DNA of 64,000 nt. Origin: Flaccisagitta enflata. Taxonomy: Eukaryota. This document shows, one piece after another, positions 54,584 to 64,000 of this stretch (its first letter is position 1; each line of letters starts with the position of its first letter). The translations under genes and the position numbers were made by a program. The stretch lies in NCBI GenBank assembly GCA_965153355.1, contig OZ231126.1, forward strand, positions 20,770,001 through 20,834,000, given 5' to 3'. Under the pieces are notes generated by a model. It ran no database searches, was not told the DNA's origin, and saw only the letters and a program-made list of their open reading frames with translations.

Positions 54584-56044
54584 CTCAAGCTCAGACTTGA
54601 AGTCACACCCACTCTCAAGCAAACACACGCATGAATGCGCATGCAGGCAAGCACTGACGTGACAGCACGCCCGCGCATGAATGCGCATGCAGGCAAGCAC
54701 TCGCGTGAAAGCACGCCCGCACGCGTCATTCTGCAATCAGATTCAAACAGATGCAAAACGCAAGACGAGAGAAAAGGCGAGAAGATCTTTGCTCTTTGCC
54801 TTTTGCCTTTTGCTCTTTACTCTCTCGATTTCGCCTTCAGATTTGTTTTTAGATGCGTCATCGCATCTCTTTAAGAGGGTCTGTCCGTCCGTCGGTTGGT
54901 CCGTCCGTCCATGTGTCCGTTACGCCTGTGTCTAAATCACACGGATGACGTATTGAGTTGCCCGGAAGGGCTGTTTCTCAATGAGTTTCCTTTCTTGGGC
55001 AGCGGGCTAAATAGGGTCCCAGAATCTGTGTTCTCTATGTGAATTTGAATGAGACGTATCTCTCACGTACAACCACCCGTACTTCTGTACCAAATCATTT
55101 AATCTTTTCCTCTTTTCAGATGCGTCTGTCAGGAACGCATTTATATAAGAGGGTCTGTCCGTCGGTCCATCTGTCCGTTACGCCTGTGCAAAAAAACCGC
55201 GTTTCACGGCTGTTTTTGGCCGCAATGAGATCCTACACTGAGTTTTTAAATGATCGACTAACATATTTTGAGTGCCTCTCTTACTAGTTACTACTCTGTC
55301 ATTTCATCTGTCAGTTCGTCCATCTGTCTCTCTATACATATCACATGTCCAATACACGCAGACACAGGCCGGACGGATCGTTTTTTTAAAGAGCGGCCGA
55401 GATAAACTTTCCGTTACTTTATTTCTAGTTGCGGACACGCAACTCTATAAGAGGATTTGTCCGTCCGTCCGTCCGTTGGTCCGTTGGTCCGTCACGCTCG
55501 AGTTGAAAATGCGAAAAACGTGCATTTATGATACTGCAGTTGTTACATTGTGGGAGGGGTGTTGGGGGTGGGGTTGGGCTGAGGCTGGGGGTTGGATGCC
55601 CCTGCCCACCCGTCCGCAACGATATTGCGACCTCGCGTCACTTGTTAGCATAACATCGGTTTCTAGCTAATCAAAACCGTTCTAAACCTTTATTTAACCC
55701 TCTATCAGTGGTATTATTTGTGATAGGGTATGGCTTAGCAAAATTTGTAGCAACATACGCAACAGACCATTGATCGCTCTCAAGATCTTCACGCGTGAAA
55801 CGTCTCTGAAGGCGAAATCAATTCTGCAAACCAACAAGATGCAAAAGAGAGTGAATGAAAATGAGATCTGAAGTCGCGAGGATGGAGATGAGAAAAAAGG
55901 GGTCAAAAAGAGCTGAATAGATTTAAATGACTTGTGTCTGAGACTCGGTCATAGATCATCGTAGGGCGAAGAAGAAAGTTGAGAAAGAAAAAGTCGGTGG
56001 AGATTAAAGAGTGATAAAAACAAAAACAAAAACAAAAACCGGAA

Positions 56045-56114
<70 letters not shown>

Positions 56115-56117
56115 AAC

Positions 56118-56151
<34 letters not shown>

Positions 56152-56751
56152 ATCAAGTTGGAAGTTTGTTCAGTCCCTTTAGGGAGGGGGCAAAATAGAG
56201 GTAAAGACATGAACAAGTGACGCGGGGTCACAATATCGTTGCGGACGGGTGGGCAGGGGCATCCAACCCCCGTCCACACCCAAACCCCACTCCATACACA
56301 AACATTCATTAAAAGTATCCAAAACACTCATTTTTCCACTTTTCGACTCAATCACCTCTAGAGACCGACGGACGGACAGACAAAGCCTTTAGAGTTTAGA
56401 GATTGCGTGCGGTGGGCAGGGCCATATTTGAGGTCACCAGACACGGGGAGGGAGCAGCACCAAAACGAGGGGCCATCATTCACCAGACGACTTGAGAGGA
56501 GCAGTGAGGTCAAAGATATAAAATCATAAAAAAAAGTAAAGTGTGACCAACCGACCGACCAACCGACCGACGGACAAAGCGGGTTGTAGAGTCGCGTGCA
56601 CGCGACTAAAAACAGAATCACTGTTGAGTGACTGTGCAGTGTGTACATGTGACTTAATAAGGAGCAGTCCAGTTCTTTCCTCACCAATGTCGGAGGATGA
56701 ACCTTCATTATTCCCTGGCCAGAGCTAGGCATAAAAAACTCTGTCTGCCCT

Positions 56752-56802
<51 letters not shown>

Positions 56803-56811
56803 CTCTCTCTT

Positions 56812-56868
<57 letters not shown>

Positions 56869-57144
56869 TGTGTGTCTCGTTTTCTCTTTCTTCTTTCGTC
56901 TAGTCGCGTTCTCCAGTCTCGCCTACCGCGCTTTCCAATAAAACGAACAATAAAATCTAGTGCCTCATAGTAAAATAGCAGATAAAGTAATGGTGACTAA
57001 AGCATCGAAAAAGAAGTTGTTGGAATGAGAAGCCTTCGTGTTTCTAGGCTGTAAAAGGGAGAGTGAGGGAGAGACCTTCCGCAAGAAAAAAAAAAAAAAA
57101 AAGGGAAAGAAAGAAGAAAGAAAGAGAAAGAGAGAGAAAAGCGG

Positions 57145-57245
<101 letters not shown>

Positions 57246-57964
57246 TATTTCTCTTTCTCTTTTCCCTCTGTGTCTAATTTCCTTTCCCAGACGCTGTCCC
57301 TCCTTGAATGCCTAAGTCTCATCCCCTGATGAATTGAAAGGATGAAGAAGAAAAGGATGAAAGAAGAAAAGAAAAGAAAAGAAAAGAAAAGGAAAGAAGA
57401 AGAAAAGATAGAAGAAGAAGAAGGAGAAGAAGAAGAAAAAGAAGATAAATAAAAAGAAGAAGGAGAAAACTATGAGAACAAACAAAGTTGAAGTAAAACA
57501 AGATGAAAAACAAGAAGCTAACAAAGAAGAAGAAGAATAATACCCCAGGAAATCACCTGTGCATGCTTTGACTTGAATCTTGAAATATGGACGTATTGAT
57601 GGTAGACAGGTAGACAGCCATAGGTACATAGATACACTCTAGAAAAGAGAAAGAAGGAGGAAATGAGAAAAGACATGAAGAGAATCATGAATTCAGGGGA
57701 GAGATAAACGAAATGGAGAGAGAAGAGAGAATTGAGGAGGGAGATCTACCTTCTCTTTTGGCGTGCGCAGAATCTTTGATTGACCGCTGGAACAAAATTG
57801 CATCGGCCGCAAGGGATAGCGGAAACTGGAACCTAGCTTTGTACCAGAGAGATGAGACAGGAAGATTGAAGATCTTAGATTGTGTCGACCTAACGACAGA
57901 AAGCTGGAAAAGCGAAAGCCAAATGTTCGGGTGTGTTAATACCAATAAAGGCGGCTATGTGATT

Positions 57965-58148
57965 TTTAGTCGCGTGCACGCGACTCTAGAACCCGCTTTG
58001 TCGGTCCATCCGTCGGTCTTTCGGTCTGTTGGTCTGTTGGTCCGTAAAACTTTACTTTTTTTACTTTTTTGGCATTTACGGGTGATTTTTGCATTACTAA
58101 GCATGCCCACCAGCATGCGACTTGGGTAGCGGTGTATCCGGCCTTGTT
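57965..58148 (+). mobile_element. HINE-like element, AGTCGCGTGC subfamily
   Basis: AGTCGCGTGCACGCGACT ... GCATGCGACTTGGGTAGCGGTGTATCCGGCCTTGTT. Confidence 0.7.
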
Positions 58149-58182
58149 TTTAATTTGTTTTGGACATGTCTGTCTATCCACT

Positions 58183-58314
58183 GGAAGTGGCCGCGGAAGT
58201 GGCCGCGGAAGTGGCAACGGAAGTGGCAGCGGAAGTGGCAGCGGCAGTGGCAGCGGAAGTGGCAGCGGAAGTGGCCACGGACGGTACAGCGGAAATGGCA
58301 GCGGAAGTGGCAGT
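58183..58314. repeat. 12-bp tandem repeat GGAAGTGGCAGC, 11 units
   Basis: Direct reading; 8 of the 11 units contain GGAAGTG. Confidence 0.85.
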
Positions 58315-59049
58315 GGTAGAAGCTCGTTTCCTGGGTCATATTGCAGTTTGCACAAAACTCCGCCTGTCTGTCCGTTGGTACGTAAAATGGTCTGTTTCAG
58401 CTCTTGCAAATTCGCGCGGACGACGCATCACTTTGCCCGGTCGGGCATGCTTTTTCGATATGTTTAAGCACATGCGAAAGGCCAAATTCAGTCGGTCTGT
58501 CGGTCACGCATTCGCTTTACGAATCCCCAAACGCGTGTTTGCAGAACTTTGTTTTGTCACGACGCATGATTTGGACATGGAAGCGTTTTTGGTTTATCTT
58601 TTCTGGCGCCAATCTCTGCCAAAAACCTCTCATTACTTTTTGCCCCCGTTGTCTCCCACATTCCAGGCCTGTATACTGTCGGCCTTTTGCTTGCCTAAAA
58701 ATGCCAGACTACAACTTTTCTCACTTCATCTCCTTTCCTCTTTGAAACAGCATTGCGCTCCGCCGCTCCCTACATACATTTTGGGGCTAAGATCTGGATT
58801 ATTTTGCATCGTACGAATCCGCTGTTGTTGTACAATGACTATGAAAGTTGAAATGACGTTTCCTTCACAAAGCGATGCCAGCATTTTCTCATAAAGAATG
58901 GTTGAATACGAACGGACTGACAAAGAGAATGAATGGGCCTGGGCGCTCTTCAAATGAAGCCTTATTTTGTCTCTAAAGCCCCTAAATTGAGAAAAAGAAA
59001 TGTTTCCACCAGAAAGAATGCATTTAGTATCAGCTATTCTGTCTCTGTC

Positions 59050-59129
<80 letters not shown>

Positions 59130-60063
59130 CCCTCCCCTCTTTTCTTGTTGGCTCAAAAAACTCTTTTGCATCGTCGTCAGAATGGAAAAGAAGATCCCAA
59201 CTGAGTTTCCAATTGAAATTAATGGTCGCAGTGACCTCGAAAGAGAACTGACGAAGGAGATAGAAAGGAGAAAGACAAAAAGCAAGACAAAGAAACAGAT
59301 AGTGAGAGAGAAGGGGAGACAGATAGAGAGTCAAGTAAAAGAAAATAAGCGAAAAGAAACAGGATTAGAAGGAGGTATAGAAATAGATGGAGAGAAAAGA
59401 GAGAGTTAGAGAAATTCCTCTCAGACACGCTGCGGCGCTGAACTCCATTAATTACGTTCAGACGCAGAACAAAGTCTGCCTACGCTCCTTCTTTTGGCTC
59501 TGAGTTAGTTGTCCATCAAAGCTTGTTTTAGGTCAGGCTCAGAGGGATGAATACAGTAAGATTTGAAATCTTGGTTGGATATGACATTGCCGGGGAGCGT
59601 TCAAACATTTTTAGTTGCATGCGCGCGAATATATAACACGCTATGTCGGTCGGTCGGTCGGTCGGTCCGTCCGTCCGTCTGCAACACTTTGCTTTTATCG
59701 GCGTTTCCGATATTTTTTTTCTACCTGACAGAAGTTTCTCTCATACCGTTTGCCTGGAATAGGTGCAGTAATATCTTTGGCCTACAGGGACCCTGCAGGC
59801 GTCAATACTGCCTTCTTAATAGACAGCTATCCTTGCATTCGCCCTGCAATGATTACCTCAATAATATGTGAGCTGCAGCAATACTGCGTCATTCAGAAAA
59901 TTAGTATCCTCCTCTTTGATCCTGTAAGGTTCACCTCTCTGTAAGGTCCTCCTTTCAATTACATATTTCCCATCTCCATCCGTCCTCCATGCACTTTTCC
60001 ATGCTGCGTTTCTTCCTCTACACTTTATTCCTGTGTCTGCTCCGTCTCACCTTCACCACTTTT

Positions 60064-60295
60064 TTAGTCGCTGGCTAAGCGACTTTATAAGAGGGTGTGT
60101 CTCTTGGTTGGTCTGTCCGTAACGCGAGATTTCAGATGCCATGAAATTGACCGTATTTGTGATTTCTGGGCATAACTGCCCCTGCCCACCCAAAATATAG
60201 CCCCTGCCCACTAATATCTGCCCCTGCCCCTCAGTGTATGACTGCCCCTGCCCACCCGCCAGCGACTGCTTATTGGCCGTGTATCTGGCCTTGTT
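60064..60295 (+). mobile_element. HINE-like element, AGTCGCTGGC subfamily
   Basis: 5' AGTCGCTGGCTAAGCGACT, 3' GCCAGCGACT, GGCCGTGTATCTGGCC hairpin, internal GCCCCTGCCC repeats. Confidence 0.7.
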
Positions 60296-60340
60296 TTTAC
60301 CTCAATTTCTCTGTCCTTCTCCTTCATATCCCTACACTTT

Positions 60341-60936
60341 TTGGGCAGCGGCCCCAAAGGGCCGATGTCCTGTAGGACACAGGGGGGCATTTCGAGACGT
60401 CCGTCCTTCCGTCCGTCCGTCCTTCCGTCCGTCCGTCCGTCCGTCCCCCCCCCGTGGCTATTGGGGGCCTCAATTTTGCTCTCTCAGGCCTGATTTTGGA
60501 CCTCTGAGCCATCAGAATAGGCTGAAAAACCCTTTCAGACCTCAATTTAGCCCTTGAGACCTTAAATCAGCTCTCCAGACCTTATATCTGCCCTCCAGAC
60601 CTCAAATTAGCCCTCCATACCCCAAATCCACCCTCCAGGCCTCACATAAGCTCTTTAGGCCTCAAATTTGTCCTCTGGGCCTCAAGCCTGCCCCTCAAAC
60701 CTCAAATTTAATCTTTAGAACCTAATTCTGCCCTCCAGGCTTCAAAACCGCCTTCAATGACCTCTATCCATCTTCTCAGACCTAATATACCTCAGGACGT
60801 CTCGAAATTCCCCCCTGTGTCCTACAGGACATCGGCCCTTTGGGGCCGCTGCCCTGCTCTCTCTCTACTACTTCACTTGATCACTCCAAGCAGGGCATCG
60901 GGTACCGCTGACCATGTGCGATCCTTGGATGACTAG
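60341..60936 (+). mobile_element. Long-subTIR Helentron-like non-autonomous element with a degenerate 21-bp internal tandem repeat
   Basis: ~60-bp inverted repeat 60343-60402 / 60795-60854, placed asymmetrically ~80 bp before the 3' end. GTCC microsatellite and CCTCAAATNNGCCCTCCAG-type repeats. Other copies at ~43498-43980, ~46490-46775 and ~25720-25953 (minus). Confidence 0.75.
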
Positions 60937-61186
60937 TTTTTATATAAGAGACAGCTCTTTTGAACTCAGCCTGGGTGTTCTTAATTTTTTGTCTGTTTTC
61001 AGCTTAAAAATATCTTAAAATGTTCTTAATTTGTTCGATGTTCATAAATGTCTATATTGTATAAAAATACCTTATCTAGAGCAGTTGTATATCAAACGTG
61101 ATAATTGTTATATTCTTTTTAATATAATGCCTGATTTTATAGGCAAACTAAGAAAAGAAGTTATTTTTAAGGATAAACAACCTATA

Positions 61187-61597
61187 CCACGCGTATCAAA
61201 AAAAAAGACGCACCTCTTTATTTAATAATAAAACAGATACAAAAAACAATTTTGAATATTTTTTGTTGAGTCATATAGAAAGATTTTCAAAAAATCTTTC
61301 ATTCTAGACCAATCCCAGGTCTGTATCTCAAACGGTTTAGGAGCTAGAGCTCTGCAAAGAGAAGCACTATTTTGCTAAAATGCACTTTTTACATAGGGAT
61401 TGTGAAACTGAAATAGGCAATGTTTTTACTCAAGCTGATGCCATTTCTAAACGAAAAAAGATAGCAATACCAGATTGGCGCCAAATGAAAGTGCTTTCAA
61501 AGGGCTTAAAAATGGTCTAAGATTTTGTTTAGTTTTTTAAACATCTATTGGCTCAATTAGCCATTTAAAAGTGCGTCTTTTTTTTTGATACGCGTGG
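61187..61597. mobile_element. Tc1/mariner-like MITE, probably nested in an older AT-rich element (~60940-61775)
   Basis: TA-CCACGCGTATC(A)nGACGCAC ... GTGCGTC(T)nGATACGCGTGG-TA. Confidence 0.8.
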
Positions 61598-61998
61598 TAT
61601 TTCTGAAAAATTTGAATTAAATTCATTTTCTAGATAAGAAACTTGAATAAAATTGTTTTCGAAAATGGCCGAAGCTGAATCTCAGCCTGGGCATTCTCTT
61701 ATTTTGTTCTTAAAATTTCGGCAAATCGAGCTCATGTCTCTTATAAACTGGTCTCTTATAATAAAAAAAAGTGTATTCCCCTTCGGCTTCACCTCTCTTT
61801 TCACGTTAATTTGTCTATCTCCTTCTTACCTCTGTTTCTGCTTTCTACCGCAGAACAAGAACTCTCTCTCTCTCTCATTGAGCTCGGTCTTTACTTTCGT
61901 CGAGTCTCAGTTGCACCTTCCAACATTCCCTCTGCGCCTCAGTGAGATGCGCGTCAAGGATTTTATGGGGAATGTGAGATTTGCCTCTCATGGAAATG

Positions 61999-62156
<158 letters not shown>

Positions 62157-62222
62157 ACAGACAGAGGATTCTACGTGACTATTTGTTGCACAAATCAGGT
62201 TCACACACACACACACACACAC

Positions 62223-62294
<72 letters not shown>

Positions 62295-62311
62295 AATGCC
62301 CTGCGCTGTTA

Positions 62312-62487
62312 CAGTTGAACCCCACACTAACGGACCCGCCAGCAACGGAATTACGCCTATGACAGATGCAAGGTCATGGTCCTTTCAACTTATTTTCTTT
62401 AACTTTTCTTTGTTGGCAATAACAGAATTCTGCCAGCAACAAAAAAAATTTGTTTGTCCCTTGAAATCCGTTAGAGCGGGTTATCTG
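62312..62487. mobile_element. Short pogo/Tc1-like MITE (same family as 14347-14524)
   Basis: TA-CAGTTGAACCCCACACTAACGGA ... TCCGTTAGAGCGGGTTATCTG-TA. Confidence 0.7.
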
Positions 62488-63011
62488 TAATTTCCTCTCG
62501 AAACAAGTAACGGGGGGGGGGGGGGGGTTGCAATTTACCATTTTAAATGGGTGGGTCAACCAAAACCCCCTCGATCAAACATATATGCACCCGAACTCCC
62601 GAAGCGTACTCACACTTTTTGACTCAAACATTACAGAGGGATGGACAATGCCTCTCATAACGTTGCCCGCTCGAAATTGAAAATACAGATTCATTCAAAA
62701 ACAAGCGAACATGCCATGAGACAAATCAAGTTTTTAGATTTTTAGCGACTGAGAAAACTGAACGAGAGTTCTTCAACCACTTAAAAATAAAAACAGCCTG
62801 TTAAAAGTAACAGTCTCGAGCTGCGGGAGGGCTTAATGGCCGCAAATAGAGCAATAACCTTAAGAAGACCCTTTCATTAAAACGTTATTTGGATATTTTA
62901 CGGTCTACCAATGAAATTATATGATTCCTCCCATGAAAAAGATCGTTTTATTAATACCTAATGTTTCTTCTTTTTCTCCCTTTCTTTTCTTTCTTTTCGG
63001 TTCCGATGCAG

Positions 63012-63118
63012 CGGCGGCAGCGGCGGCGGCGGTGGCAGCGGCAGCATCGGCAAACACTCAGCCTAAGATCCCCGGGCAGCGGAAGAAAAGAGTCCCTTAC
63101 TCGAGATTTCAAATCAAA
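63012..63118 (+). CDS. Posterior Hox gene, exon with the poly-Ala linker and homeodomain residues 1-14 ([14 protein letters not shown])
   Basis: Branch-like CTAAT at 62958, a long polypyrimidine tract, an AG-free zone up to CAG at 63009-63011, and donor AAA|GTAAGT at 63118/63119. The RKKRxPY N-terminal arm (K3, K4, P7) is diagnostic of Abd-B-class Hox proteins. Confidence 0.93.
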
Positions 63119-63813
63119 GTAAGTTTGCGGCCAAGCAAATTTGTGCGGAGGGCGGCGATGGTGGGGGGGAGGGGGGGAAAGGGAGGTGCTAGGCACAGTG
63201 GCGCAAGACTGGGGAAGAATCAAATAAGACAACGCTGAGACGATTGGCTAAAGAAGGGAACATCTGATGGGGAAGCCTGGACTAAAGGACTATGGTACGA
63301 TGGTGCAAGCCACAGGATGAACTGAACTTAGGTCTAGGCTCTATGAAGTCTGAGGAAGTCGATATTCCAAAGTCACGAACAGTCGCGTGCGGAATCCCGG
63401 AAAGTCAATAAGAAATGAGAAAAACTATTCCTTCATATACTCGGACCTGAAGACTTTTTTGATGTCTGCCGAAGAAAATAAAATATGTTGGATTCAGATA
63501 ATGAAAAACGAAACAAGTGGACCTCGTTTGAGCGCACCAGCTAATATGGCAGAATCGCTGACGCAATAAGCTATTTCAAAACTTAGTTCTGTTCTGATTT
63601 CTGATTTCTGCGTAAAAGTTTTTAAAAGAACCTTTGAAATAGGACCATGGGCGAAATTATAATAGCCTTAAAGCTCCATAGTCATATGTTGAATCAGAGT
63701 GGTGCAAAAACAAGAGGGAGTCGAAAAAAGGGGGGCGTACATGGAGGGTATTATTTCTGTTGGACTATCTAAATATTTTCCCTTCCCCTATTTTCTTCTT
63801 CGTCGTTTTGCAG

Positions 63814-63903
63814 GAACTTGAACGAGAATATTTGCGCAACACTTACATCACGCGGAAGAGGCGCTTGGAACTCGCCTACTTCCTCAGCCTCACAGAGCGA
63901 CAG
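63814..63903 (+). CDS. Posterior Hox gene, homeodomain residues 15-44 ([30 protein letters not shown]); the helix-3 exon lies beyond the window
   Basis: Polypyrimidine tract and TTGCAG acceptor at 63813, a 90-nt phase 0-0 exon, and donor CAG|GTGAGC at the classic homeobox 44/45 intron position. It continues the previous exon in homeodomain register. Absent from the ORF track because it is short. Confidence 0.95.
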
Positions 63904-64000
63904 GTGAGCGAGTTGCAACTCTCCAAGCTCTCAAACCTCAAGACAAACAACTTGTCTTATTCAAACAGACGCTCGGTGTGCAATTGTTCTGATGAATGGT

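Noticed and set aside
57713-57960. Complex-looking ORF MEREERIEEGDLPSLLACAESL...
   Set aside because: No recognisable domain or clear phase-1 splice sites, and it runs into a HINE. It may be a TE remnant; BLASTP/HMMER would decide.
58160-58894. 244-aa ORF with AAEV repeats
   Set aside because: A composite of a 12-bp minisatellite and HINE fragments.
63119-63238. ORF continuation VSLRPSKF... after FQIK
   Set aside because: It follows a GTAAGT donor; the homeodomain resumes at 63814.

Overview
Animal (bilaterian) genomic DNA, very rich in microsatellites and non-autonomous DNA transposons, with one supportable protein-coding gene. That gene is a + strand posterior (Abd-B/PG9-14 class) Hox gene. 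It has a 1.4-kb low-complexity N-terminal exon (33172-34570), a 28.4-kb intron and two homeobox exons (63012-63118, 63814-63903). The phases match and give 532 codons; the helix-3 exon lies beyond the window. Most other ORFs in the track are microsatellite artefacts. The non-coding DNA holds many Helentron-type (DINE-1/HINE-like) elements, TA-flanked Tc1/mariner-type MITEs, a tRNA-derived SINE-like element and minisatellites. The best leads are: an evenly spaced cluster of Gli/Ci consensus sites (2149-3716) next to an orphan CCAAT-GC-TATA promoter (5449-5575); four in-frame splice acceptors that could tune the Trp-to-homeodomain poly-Ala linker; the mosaic homeodomain with an uncommon intron position; a TIR element with 23-bp flanking direct repeats; and compensatory covariation in the HINE termini. 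The organism cannot be identified from sequence alone, and all regulatory calls are motif-based inferences.
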